Shown: positions 48,484 to 58,971 of the stretch, in pieces
Numbering within the stretch: position 1 is the stretch's first letter
How the letters are laid out: the number at the start of each line of letters is the position of its first letter
NCBI GenBank assembly: GCA_002792635.1
Contig: PFOR01000027.1
Span: 2,563-66,562, forward strand
DNA: 64,000 nt
Reading direction: 5' to 3'
Source of the DNA: Candidatus Pacearchaeota archaeon CG_4_10_14_0_2_um_filter_35_33
GTDB lineage: Archaea > Nanobdellota > Nanobdellia > Pacearchaeales > GW2011-AR1
The notes under the pieces: generated by a model
What the model was told of the DNA's origin: nothing
What the model saw: only the letters and a program-made list of their open reading frames with translations
The model's database searches: none
Position numbers and translations under genes: made by a program

Positions 48484-48852
48484 ATGGAACAAGAGTTTAC
48501 AAAATACGAAATTACAAGGATTCTTGGAGCTAGAGGTCTTCAGATATCTATGGGTGCTCCTTTATTAATGAAATTCTCAGAAGAAGAATTGAAAGAATTG
48601 AAGTATGATGCCTTAATGATTGCTGAAAAAGAATTTGATTCTAAAGTTCTTCCAATCAGTGTTGACAGGCCGATGCCTGAAAAGAAGTCTGACAAACTGA
48701 GAGAAGTGAAAGAGGAAAAGATGTCTGATGAGGAAATTGAGGCCAAGGAGAAAGAGGTAGAGAAAGAAATTGAGGAAAAAGCTGAAGAACTTGGGTTTGG
48801 TCCAGATGACGAGGATGAAGAGCCTAGTGAAAGCAATGAAGAGGAAAGGTAG
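48484..48852 (+). CDS. rpoK: RNA polymerase subunit K (Rpo6) with acidic C-terminal tail
   Basis: TKYEITRILGARGLQISMGAP...LPISV. Confidence 0.93.
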   Translation: MEQEFTKYEITRILGARGLQISMGAPLLMKFSEEELKELKYDALMIAEKEFDSKVLPISVDRPMPEKKSDKLREVKEEKMSDEEIEAKEKEVEKEIEEKAEELGFGPDDEDEEPSESNEEER

Positions 48853-48887
48853 TCAATGTTTATTAATGAGCGTTTGTTTTTTATAGT

Positions 48888-50012
48888 ATGATAATAAAAA
48901 AAGTTAGAGCTAGAAAAATAAGAGACTCTAGGGAAGATTGGACTATTGAAGTTGAAGTTAATGGATGTAGAGCAAGTTCTCCGTCAGGAAAATCAACTGG
49001 AAAATATGAAAGTAAGCCGTATTACAAAAGTTTGGATTATTGTGTAAAATTCCTGAATAAATGGAAGGATAATGTTGAAATTAATTCCTTTTGGGATTTG
49101 AAAGAAGTTGAAAGAATTATTAGAAAAAGATTGAAAGTTAGAGATGTTAAGAAGTTTGGTGGAAATGCTTTATTTGCTTTTGAGTCTGCAATATTAAAAG
49201 CCCTTGCTAGAGCGAAGAAAAAAGAATTGTGGGAAATAATCCCCGGAAGAAAGAAAATTCCTGTTCCTGTTGGGAATGCAGTTGGTGGAGGAGTGCATAG
49301 TTCTAATTTTAAAGTACATCCTGTGTTTCAAGAATTTCTTATTATCCCGAGAGAAAAAAGTTTCAAGAAAAATTATATGGCTCTGAAAAAATTATACAAA
49401 AAAATTGGAAAGATTTTAAGGGCGAAAAAAAGAAATGATGAGGGAGCATGGCAAACCTCTTTGGATGAAATAGAGATATTGAGAGTCCTTAGAAAAAAAT
49501 TAAAAGCTGATATCGGAATTGATGTTGCCGCCTCTTCTTTTTATAAAAAAAGAGACTATAAATACAGAACTGTTTTTGTGAGCAAAAGCGAGCAAATTGA
49601 TTATATGAATAACCTTGTTGATATTTTCGGTGTAAAATATCTTGAAGACCCTGTGCAGGAGGAGGACTTTGATGGATTTTCTAAAATATCTAATAGGACA
49701 ATGGTTGTGGGAGATGATTTGATTGCAACACAAATTAATAGATTGAAGAGAGCGATAAAAGAGAATTCTGTAAATGCTATGATAATAAAACCGAATCAAA
49801 ACGGGAGTTTATTAGAAGTGAGAGATGTATTTGAAATATGCAAAAAAAATAAGATAAAGGCTGTTATATCCCATAGGTCTGGAGAAACTATGGATAATGC
49901 ATTAGCCGATTATGCTGTTGGATTCGGCGCTGATTATATTAAGACTGGAATTTATGGAGAGGTTAGACAATCAAAATTAGATCGGCTTGCTAGGATAGAG
50001 AAAGATAGATAA
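48888..50012 (+). CDS. eno: Enolase (compact)
   Basis: PSGKSTG, QEF, DEG, DVAAS, LEDP, VGDDL, IKPNQ, SHRSGET, IKTG. Confidence 0.9.
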   Translation: MIIKKVRARKIRDSREDWTIEVEVNGCRASSPSGKSTGKYESKPYYKSLDYCVKFLNKWKDNVEINSFWDLKEVERIIRKRLKVRDVKKFGGNALFAFESAILKALARAKKKELWEIIPGRKKIPVPVGNAVGGGVHSSNFKVHPVFQEFLIIPREKSFKKNYMALKKLYKKIGKILRAKKRNDEGAWQTSLDEIEILRVLRKKLKADIGIDVAASSFYKKRDYKYRTVFVSKSEQIDYMNNLVDIFGVKYLEDPVQEEDFDGFSKISNRTMVVGDDLIATQINRLKRAIKENSVNAMIIKPNQNGSLLEVRDVFEICKKNKIKAVISHRSGETMDNALADYAVGFGADYIKTGIYGEVRQSKLDRLARIEKDR

Positions 50013-50050
50013 CAAGTTTTAAAAACTCATTTTTTCTGAGGATTCACAGG

Positions 50051-50860
50051 ATGGCAGAGAAAGAAACTTCTAAAAAAGCTACAAAGGCTACGAAAGCCAA
50101 AACAGCTACAGCTGAAAAGAAAACTACAATAAAAAAGAAAGTTGATAGCAAGAAAGAAGAATTATTGAAAAAAGCGAAAGCTCTTGAGGGAAAACTAAAA
50201 GAGGGAAAGAGCGATATTAAAGAGATTAAAGGAAAGGTTAGAGGAGAGGAAGAGGAGAAGGATCTTTTAGTGCCGATTGAGGATTATTTGAAAGCTTCAA
50301 CTCATTTAGGAACAAGAGTTGTGACTCCGGATATGAGGCAATATGTTTATAGAAGAAGAGCTGATGGTTTGGCTGTATTTAATACGTCATTGCAAGACGA
50401 TAAGATAAGAGAGGCTGCTGAGTATCTTGCAAAATTCTCTCCGGAGCAAATTGTTATTGCGTGTAAGAGAGAAGCGGGATGGAAAGCTGCACAAATATTT
50501 GCTGATTTGTTTGGAATGAAAGTATTCACAAAAAAATATCCTGCGGGAACATTAACAAATGTTAGATTGGACAACTTTTTTGAAAAAGATTTAATATTTA
50601 TTTGTGACCCTTGGCTAGATAAGAATATTTTAGTTGATGCTAATAAAGTTGGGATTCCGGTGTTTGGAATTTGTGACACTAACAATTTCACAAAAGGGAT
50701 TAACTTTATTTTACCTGCAAACAACAAGAGCTATAAAAGTTTGGGAATGGTATTCCATTTACTGGCTAAATTATATGCTGGGAAAAGGAAACTTGATGTT
50801 AAAATTCCTGGATTAGATGAATTCGTTGAGGGCTGGGAAACCCTTGTTGCGCCGCAATAG
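50051..50860 (+). CDS. rps2: 30S ribosomal protein S2 (uS2) with Lys-rich N-terminal extension
   Basis: HLGT....PDM..YVY.RR.DG, PAGTLTN, CDTNN, PANNK. Confidence 0.95.
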   Translation: MAEKETSKKATKATKAKTATAEKKTTIKKKVDSKKEELLKKAKALEGKLKEGKSDIKEIKGKVRGEEEEKDLLVPIEDYLKASTHLGTRVVTPDMRQYVYRRRADGLAVFNTSLQDDKIREAAEYLAKFSPEQIVIACKREAGWKAAQIFADLFGMKVFTKKYPAGTLTNVRLDNFFEKDLIFICDPWLDKNILVDANKVGIPVFGICDTNNFTKGINFILPANNKSYKSLGMVFHLLAKLYAGKRKLDVKIPGLDEFVEGWETLVAPQ

Positions 50861-50890
50861 TCTTATAAAATATATTTACTAATTTGATTA

Positions 50891-51439
50891 ATAGAAAAGA
50901 AAAGTTTGTCCGGTGTAGTTACTGTTGTTTTATTAATCTTAATAGCCATAATTGTAAGAGATAGCCCGGTCTTTTATTAGGCTGTCTATCATGGACATAG
51001 TAGAGGATGGTGATGGGGGGGGATTTGGAGGGTTTGTAAAATGCATCGATTTAGATTTGCAAATAAAAAGGGAAGTGAGGGAGATACAGTTGAGATTAAA
51101 GTAGAAAGAAGTCCTGGAGAATTTGGGGCTAAAATATATTATTTCAGTCTGAATTATGATTTTGAAGAATCTACTGAGGTTAGGAATATCAAAGTTTCTG
51201 GAGTTTTAGAAGGGAGCGTATGCGATTATTCTGATAGTTCATCGTGTAATGAGGCGATTAGTGATGTTGGAGAATGTTATAGAAATGATTGGGAATATCT
51301 GTATGATGATTTAAATATTAAAATATTAAATTCTGGAAAAAGTTTTATGCCATAATATTTGTGTTGTTATTCAGGAAATAAACGAGTTGGAGTAAGGGCA
51401 GAATTTAATCTTGAACAGATAAGAGAAATCTCTGTTTAA
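50891..51439 (+). pseudogene. Degraded pilin-like gene
   Basis: ATA-EKKS/LSGVVTVVLLILIAIIV (decayed M-KKG/LSxVV signal) then stop; downstream fragments include the 51041-51355 ORF. Confidence 0.55.
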
Positions 51440-51484
51440 AAAGTATGAACTAAAAATGACTTATTAAACAAAGCCAATACTCGC

Positions 51485-51498
51485 GAAAGCTTTAAATA
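51485..51498 (+). promoter_or_regulatory. Probable rRNA operon promoter (BRE/TATA)
   Basis: gaaagctttaaata preceding the structured 16S leader. Confidence 0.6.
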
Positions 51499-51749
51499 CT
51501 CTCAATTTTAATCCTTTATCATTAAGATGTTGACCGAGATGAGTGCCTTAATGATTACCGTCGGTAAAAATTGCCGACACCTGCAAACGTTGGGGTATGA
51601 GGTATGCGAAGTTATTTGATGTAATTCTTTAAGCAATTTCCACAGGAGGATGAGTGTATACAACTTTCTTTAGAAAAGAAAGTTCTATGAGTCAAAGAAA
51701 CTACAATAGTAGTCAAGATTATGATTAGAACTTAGATAGTTGTTAGACA

Positions 51750-53241
51750 AATCCAGTTGATCCTGCTGGCGGTTGCGGCTATCTGGTTTGCAATTAGACA
51801 TGCAAGTCTTTTTGTTTCCTGGAGAACCTTCGGGTCCTCTGACTCAAAGAACTTTGTTCTTTGAGCTTTGAAATGAAAGGCGAACTGCTCAGTAACACGT
51901 AGCTAACCTACCCTCAAGCCGAGAATACCCTCGGGAAACTGAGGCTAATACTCGATAGATGATAAAGGCTGGAATGCGTTATCGTCGAAATTTTGCGTGA
52001 GGATGGGGCTGCGGCGGATTAGGTTGTTGGCGGGGTAATGGCCCACCAAGCCGATGATCTGTATGGGTTTTTAGCGAAAGAGCCCAGAGAGGGAATCTGA
52101 GACACTATTCCCAGCCCTACGGGGTGCAGCAGTCGGGAATTTTTTGCAATGCGCGCAAGCGTGACAGAGCGAACCAGAGTGCTTTCCCGTATTGGGAAAG
52201 CTTTTGTCAGATGTAAATATTCTGACGAATAAGGACTGGGCAAGACTGGTGCCAGCCGCCGCGGTAATACCAGCGGTCCAAGTCGCAACCACATTTATTG
52301 GGTCTAAAACATCCGTAGCTTGCTATGTAAGTCCCTTGTGAAATCCGGCTTCTCAAGAGTCGAAGTGCAAGGGATACTGTATGGCTAGAGACTGGGAGAT
52401 GTAAGGAGTACGGATAGGGTAATGGTAAAATATGTTGATCCTTTCTGGACTAACGATAGCGAAGGCACCTTACAAGAACAGATCTGACAGTGAGGGATGA
52501 AGGCTAGGGGCGCAAAACGGATTAGATACCCGTGTAGTCCTAGCAGTAAACACTGCACACTAAACATTGGAACCTCTTCGGGAGGTTTCAGTGCTGCAGG
52601 GAAGCCGAAGAGTGTGCTACCTGGGAAGTATAGTCGCAAGGCTGAAACTTAAAGGAATAGGCGGGGGAGCATACATCGAGTGACGCGTACGGTTCAATCG
52701 GATTCCACACCGTGAACCTTACCAGGACCGACAGCAGAATGAAGGTCAGTCTAAAGGGCTTACCTGACACGCTGAGAGGAGTTGCATGGCCGACGTCAGC
52801 CTGTGTCGTGAGATGACCTGTTAAATCAGGTAACAGGCGAGACCCGTGTGTATATTTACTAAGTGTACAATATGCAGACTGCCGTGGTTAACACGGAGGA
52901 AGGTGCGGGCTACGTTAGGTAGTATGGCCCAAATGCCCTGGGCAACACGTGCGCGGCAATGCTGGATTCAAAGGGCTGCGACCCTGAAAGGGGAAGCCAA
53001 TCTCATAAACTCCAGCTTAGTTCAGATTGAGGGTTGTAACTCACCCTCATGACGCTGGAATTCGTAGTAATCGGGTTTAATCAGAGCCCGGTGAATAAGT
53101 CCCTGCTCCTTGCACTCACCGCCCGTCAAACGAACCGAGTTTTGCTTTGGCGAGGTCCGTCAGGAACGAACCTCAGTAAGACAAGGTAGGTTAAGTCGTC
53201 ACAAGGTAACCGTAGGGGAACCTGCGGTTGGATCACCTCCT
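51750..53241 (+). rRNA. rrs: 16S rRNA (archaeal, divergent); ends approximate
   Basis: ATCCAGTTGATCCTGC start, GTGCCAGCCGCCGCGGTAA, ATTAGATACCC, GGATCACCTCCT end; flanking stem ggtatgcgaagttatt / aataattttgcatacc. Confidence 0.98.
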
Positions 53242-53336
53242 ATAAATTAATTTTAGAATTATGATGTGAAAATAATTTTGCATACCGTCAACTTCTTGAT
53301 AAGGTTTAAAAACCTTTGAGAGATTATGGGTGTATT

Positions 53337-53407
53337 GGGCCCGTAGTCTAATGGTAAAATAGCTCGTTTGCACCGAGCAGTTCCGTGTTCGATTCACGGC
53401 GGGTCCA
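53337..53407 (+). tRNA. tRNA-Ala(TGC), CCA not encoded
   Basis: Acceptor GGGCCCG/CGGGTCC with G3:U70; anticodon arm gctcg-TTTGCAC-cgagc; TTCGATT loop. Confidence 0.96.
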
Positions 53408-53584
53408 CTTATTATAGTGGAGTCGAAATCATAAATCATTTTCACTTACGTGAGAGTTGGCGACGGACTTATCGTCGTGAATGAGGCGTGTGATTGATTT
53501 CACATGTCGTGCAGAGAATAATCAATGAAGCGAGTAGGCAAATCCACTTAGTGTGTTCTATAGGAACAAAACAGCATTTGATCT

Positions 53585-56365
53585 TATTTAAGCTAATAGA
53601 CGGATAGCTTGGTTTGGACTGTGATGAAGGACGTGGCAAGCTGCGATAAGCCTCGGCGAGGTGCATGCGACCATTGAACCGAGGATTTCCTAATGCGATA
53701 ACGTTTTATGTAGAGATGCAGATGGACGCCGGGAATTGAAACATCTTAGTACCGGCAGGAAAAGAAAGCAATTGCGATTCCCTTACTAGCAGCGAGCGAA
53801 AAGGGAACAGGGCGAACCGAATCTGCTCTTGAAAGAGAGTTAGAGATGTGGTGGATGCTAAACCTAAGTCATCGAGAAAAAGTTTTCTGGAAAGAAATAC
53901 CATAGAGGGTGATAGTCCCGTATTTGAAGATGATATGGCAGGCTCCGAAAGAGTAGGGCCTCCTAGATTGGAGGTCTGAATACAGGTAGATTAATACCTA
54001 ACCCTAAATATTAGTCCAAGTCCGATAGCGAACTTAGTACCGCGAGGGAAAGCTGAAAAGTACTCTTGAAAGAGGGTTAAAAGACTTGAAATCTATTAGT
54101 GACATGATGGTTACGGCATTACGGTGTTGTAACGTACGTTTGGAAAAATGGGCCAAGGAGTTCTCTTATTTGGCGAGGTTAAATTGAATCCATAGCGAAA
54201 GCGAGTGTGAAAGCGCGTTAGTCAAATGGGGGATGACCCGAAACCGGACGATCTATTCGTGGACAAGCTGAAGTTTCCCGAAAGGGGAATGGAGGGCTGA
54301 AGCGTTGTTGTGTGCATGCACTCGTATGATCTGCGAATAGGGGTGAAAAGCCTATCTAGTTCGGCGATGGCTGGTTCCTGCCGAAATATGCCTAAGTATA
54401 GTCTCGCACAGTTTGTTAGCGGGGTAAAGTACGGATAGAGTTTGCCAGGGCCGAAAGGTTACGGAGCTTCTTCCAACTCAGAACCTGTTAATTGCGTAAT
54501 GCGGGAATGGCGGGCAGTGCGTAAGGTACTGTTCGAAGACCGGAACAACGGAGAGTGGAGTTAAGGTCCCTAATTGTTTGCTAAGTGTAACAAACTTTGT
54601 CGGAAACCTAAGACAGCGAGGATGTAGGCCCAGAAGCAGCCATCATTTAAAGAAAGCGTAACAGCTCACTTGTTGAGGTTTCTGGCGGGAAAAATGGACG
54701 GGGCTAAGCAAACAACCGATACTCCACCAGCTCTAGCAATAGAGTTTGGGTAGGCAGGCGTGGATTCTGCGCAGAAGGTTTTGTGAAAGCAAGGCTGGAG
54801 CGGGATCCAATGAGAATCTTGGCGGTAGTAAGATCAGATTACACTGAGAATGTGTAGCGCCGGAAGAGCAAGGTTTCCTTGGCACTATTGTTTAACCAAG
54901 GGTTAGTCGGCACCTAAGCCATATCTTAACTGCGTATGGCGAATGGAAATCAGGTTAATATTCCTGGACCGATTATATTTGTATGCGTTTCACTTCGGGA
55001 TAGACGGGAGCTTGAAAGGGCTTTTAAACAAGAAAGTTATGGATCGTAATGATAAGAAGTTACTGAATTGTTTGACGAAAACCGTTGAATCCGGGGGTCC
55101 GTGAAAGAGCGTATGCTTATGATATAATTGGCCGTACCCAGAATCGGCACTGATGCTCTGGCTTAGAAGGCTAAGGCGTGAAAGGATAAACTAATTCAGG
55201 GAATTCGGCAATTTGGCCCCGTATCTTCGGTATAAGGGGTGTCTATAGGTGTCTTTGAATATAGAAGGCGTTTGTAGATCGCAGTGACAAGGACTGCCCG
55301 ACTGTTTACCAAAAACGTAGCTGGTTGCAAATCCGAAAGGACTAGTATAACCGGTGAGATCTGCCCAGTCACGGTGTTTCAAACCCTGGTTCAACAGGGC
55401 TAAGACCCGTGAAACGGCGGGCCTAACTATGAGGCTCTTAAGGTAGCGTAATGCCTTGTCGTTTGAATGGCGACGTGCATGAATGGTTTAACGAGGTAGT
55501 CGCTGTCCCGAATTAGGACCTTCTGAACACACTTGATGGTGAAGATGCCATCGTCTCCTAGTGGGAAGCGGAGACCTTGTGAACCTTTACTGCAACTTGT
55601 TGCTGTGGTCTTAGGAAGAGTGCATAGCATAGGTAGGAGCGTCGAAACCAAGTTTCTGGACTTGGTGGAGCGACCGTGTAATACTACCCACCCTTCTTGA
55701 GGCTACTCACCCGAGAGGGGACACCAGCAGGCGGGCAGTTTGGCTGGGGCGGCACCCTGCAGAAAAGATATCTGTAGGGCCCAAAGACAAGCTCATCCAG
55801 GTTGGAAATCTGGAGTAGAGTGCGAAGGCAAAAGCTTGTCTGACTGTATTTCGAACAGCAAGAAATGCAGAGGTGAAAGCCGGGCTTAGCGACCCCACAT
55901 AGCCTCTTAATAGGGCTTGTGTGTGACAGAAAAGGTACTCCAAGGATAACAGGCTTGTCGCCCCCGATAGTCCATATTGACGGGGCGGTTTGGTACATCG
56001 CTGTCGGCTCTTCCTATCCTGGTTGTGCATAAGCAACCAAGGGTGTCGGAGTTCACGCGTTAAAAGGGATCGTTAGCTGGGTTAAGAACGTTGCGAGACA
56101 GTTTGTATGATATCTACTAGGAGTGTTGTGGTTTGAGTGGAACGAGCAAGTAGTACGAGAGGAACCTTGCTTGGATGCCTCTGGTGAGCGGTTGTTACGA
56201 GCAGGCCGCGCAGCTACGCATTGTGTGGATAAGTGCTGAAAGCATCTAAGCACGAAGCCATCCGCAAGACGAGACCACATAGGCCGTTATAGAAGATAAC
56301 GTTGATAGAGTTGGTGTGTAAGAACCGAGGTAACGAGGTTTTAAGCATGCAACTACTAATAGCCA
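53585..56365 (+). rRNA. rrl: 23S rRNA; ends approximate; no intron; no 5S recognised downstream
   Basis: GATGAAGGACGTG, GAATTGAAACATCTTAGTA, GGATAACAGG, sarcin-ricin AGTACGAGAGGAAC; flanking stem agtaggcaaatcca / tggatttgcctact. Confidence 0.98.
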
Positions 56366-56411
56366 CACTTCAAATGCTAACTAATTGGATTTGCCTACTA
56401 TTCATTTGTTT

Positions 56412-57100
56412 CTAAAAATTTAAATAAGATTGAATGTTAATCCCTGTGTGGGGAGTAGATATTTTTTTATTTGGATTGTTGTGATAATGGTCTCTTAATG
56501 CTCCGACAATTTTTGCTTTTTTAGCTAAATCTACGACATCCCTTCCGTAAACTACTGCTTCTTCATCAGATGACTTTGCACTATCAGTTAGAGCTGTTTT
56601 TATTAAATCTACATCAGCATCTGTTAATTCAGATTCTGATTTTTGAGGTCCTAAAGTTGGTTCAAGCCAAATCCTTGCAATATCTTTTTTCTTTGTTCCT
56701 GCTTTCTTGTCTGTAATTGTGATGCTAGCAATTTCACTAATATTCTCTCCGACAAGCATCTGCGATTCGCTTCTATAAACTCCTCCTGGAACTTTCTGTA
56801 ATTTCTGTTTTATATTATCCCAAGCTGTCCATCTTAAAGCCAGAATGTAACCATCAACGTGATGGGATTTTTGAATCGGTCCGTGTTTCCTGGACGCCCA
56901 TCTTCCATGTAATCCGTTTGCTATTGCTGTTAATGTTAATCCGCCGATACCCTTTGAGGTTATAGTATATCCTGAATCCGTGTTGAATAAGGTTTCATAC
57001 GCTTTTCCGAGTCCCTCATTTAGAGATGTGGCAAAATCTTCCTAACAAGATTACTGTTTGTAATTTTATGTAGTCCTCTTGAAATTTATCCTCTAGCCAT
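56412..57100 (-). pseudogene. Degraded hypothetical gene (early stop and frameshifts); the 115-aa ORF is its 3' remnant
   Basis: MARG*ISRGLHK..., open stretch NEGLGKAYETLFN...GYILALRW, shift into QKVPGGVYRSESQMLVGE... Confidence 0.45.
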
Positions 57101-57159
57101 AAAATTGTCTTTTTTTTCTCGCTTTAAAAACACTTCTAATTCTGGAGATGTAACAAAAA

Positions 57160-58104
57160 TCAGCCAATGGGTACGAAAAGAACAATAAGGATAAAGGAAA
57201 TTAATGATAAGACTATTAATGTTATTATTACTCCCAATAACCAACCGAAAAATGCTCTTACTCCTGAAATTTCATGAGTAACTGCAAAACCGATTATAAC
57301 TAAAACCAATGACCAGATTAATGCCGGTGCTGAAAGTAATGTGAGAAAGGGAACAAATATTGAGACGAGGAAGACTATTGGAGCCAAAACCATTCCCGGA
57401 GTGGTAGCATAGATTATTGCATTGTATGTTTGTGTTAGCGTTCCCTTAGACTTAACTATTTTTAATCCGAGGTGCATAAGTGCTGCTGCAATAAAGGACA
57501 TTATCGGACCAAGGATGAAGATAAACACAAAGTACATCCCTGCTACTGCTTCAAATAAAGCAACTCCGGCCATGTTTAAGATGAATTCCAAGAATGCAGG
57601 AACTTGTGCCTGGGAACCGAGGAGGGCTATAAAACTCTGCAAGGATAATACAAATTGCACCGCAAAGATTGCTGTTACAATTGAAATTATAAGAAACGGC
57701 ACTATTGCTAAAAGAAGATAATATTTTAGTGTGTCCCATTTTTTATCATCTTTTATTTCATTGAATAATTGTACGGGGTGCGTGAATGACATTCCAATTT
57801 TTCCGAAGAATTTGGGACCTCCAACAAGTTTATCTGATTTAGGTTTTTTTGCGGGAGCAAATGTTTTCATGGGTTTTTCCATTGGCTTTTCTTTTTGTAT
57901 CTCTGGCATTTTTTGGTTTGGATTATAACCCTCTGGATAATAGCCAGACATCTTGGGCCTATATTGGCGCGGTAAATGATTTATGGCTTCTAGAACATCT
58001 TTTTCGGAATGATTGTGCCTTATTAATTCCTGTTTAAGTTCTTCAAGAGAAAATCCTCTTTTTATGCCTTCTTCAAAATACCTTACAATATCTTCATTCA
58101 CCAT
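57160..58104 (-). CDS. Yip1-family membrane protein with N-terminal cytoplasmic helical domain
   Basis: FTHPVQLF, HLGLKIVKSKGT..QTY..IIYA..P, LIWS, HEISG.RA. Confidence 0.82.
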   Translation of the reverse strand: MVNEDIVRYFEEGIKRGFSLEELKQELIRHNHSEKDVLEAINHLPRQYRPKMSGYYPEGYNPNQKMPEIQKEKPMEKPMKTFAPAKKPKSDKLVGGPKFFGKIGMSFTHPVQLFNEIKDDKKWDTLKYYLLLAIVPFLIISIVTAIFAVQFVLSLQSFIALLGSQAQVPAFLEFILNMAGVALFEAVAGMYFVFIFILGPIMSFIAAALMHLGLKIVKSKGTLTQTYNAIIYATTPGMVLAPIVFLVSIFVPFLTLLSAPALIWSLVLVIIGFAVTHEISGVRAFFGWLLGVIITLIVLSLISFILIVLFVPIG

Positions 58105-58144
58105 CTTCTTATCATTTAGAAGGAAAAATAATTTAAATAGTTAT

Positions 58145-58564
58145 CTAAGAGCCAGCTTTTTCATCGTAATAATTTTCTTCATCTCTTTTCGTATTTTTTA
58201 GCCCCTTAATGAAATAAAATCCGACATATATCAAAACAAGTATTGAAGTTAATGAAACAAAAAATGTTGTATATGGGCCTTTGTATCTGTAAAAAACTGC
58301 AGAATCAAAAACTGCTAAAACTAAAAGCCCGGTTATTGTACCTAAATAAGGGTTTGTTATTATAAAGGATTTATCCCATAAAATGAACAGGGTCGAAACG
58401 ATTGCTATAACTAAAGCAAATGCTATTTCTACAAACCCAAGGGATTCTTCTGGCACAACAGAAGCCTTTAGTATGAAAAATGTTAAGGGGATTATTAGGA
58501 GGATTATAAATACAATTATGTTATGTAAATTGGAAAACCGGTTTACCTCTCTTTTCTTAGGCAT
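58145..58564 (-). CDS. Hypothetical 4-TM membrane protein
   Basis: Four hydrophobic segments; shares a palindromic TATA with RNase P RNA. Confidence 0.7.
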   Translation of the reverse strand: MPKKREVNRFSNLHNIIVFIILLIIPLTFFILKASVVPEESLGFVEIAFALVIAIVSTLFILWDKSFIITNPYLGTITGLLVLAVFDSAVFYRYKGPYTTFFVSLTSILVLIYVGFYFIKGLKNTKRDEENYYDEKAGS

Positions 58565-58581
58565 GTTGTTGTTAAGATAAT

Positions 58582-58596
58582 AAGGTTTAAAAACCT
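58582..58596. promoter_or_regulatory. Near-palindromic, probably bidirectional TATA element
   Basis: aaggtttaaaaacct centred between divergent starts at 58564 and 58614. Confidence 0.6.
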
Positions 58597-58613
58597 ATTT
58601 TTATCAGTTTTAA

Positions 58614-58928
58614 TGAGTCGGGTAGCTGGCTTCGGAATCAGACATTAAATTGTCAAGCTATATAAAAGCGGATTCTGAGGAAGGTCCGGGCATCTCGTCG
58701 TAAGACGAAAAGTGCGATTCACGAAAGTGAACTGTCATGAGGCAGAGCTCTGGTATAGAAACGACACAGCCTATATTGCGCTAGGATCCGTGAGGGGAGC
58801 TTGCTTTGTAGGATTTGCTGGAACGAGCAACTTCGCTGATGCAAGAGTCATAGCCGCTCGCTAAGTAGGATGTCAGCACATTCCGTCTGATTACAGGGAA
58901 TGACAGAACCTGGCCTATTCCCGACTCA
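58614..58928 (+). ncRNA. rnpB: RNase P RNA
   Basis: P1 tgagtcggg/cccgactca; CR-I GAGGAAGGTCCGGGC pairing with CR-V ACAGAACCTGGCCTA (P4); ATAGAAAC; T-run after. Confidence 0.93.
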
Positions 58929-58971
58929 CTTTTCTAAACATTTAAAAGCAAATTATATCTTGTTTGAAGAT

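Noticed and set aside
48888..50012. Enolase as an inactive pseudo-enzyme because it is short
   Set aside because: Catalytic and metal-binding motifs are all retained.
51525..51745. Structured region before 16S as 5S rRNA or a separate ncRNA
   Set aside because: No 5S motifs; part of it pairs with the sequence after 16S, so it is best explained as the rRNA leader/processing stem.
52019..56280. ORF-track entries inside 16S/23S
   Set aside because: Shadow ORFs of rRNA; rRNA lengths leave no room for introns or homing endonucleases.
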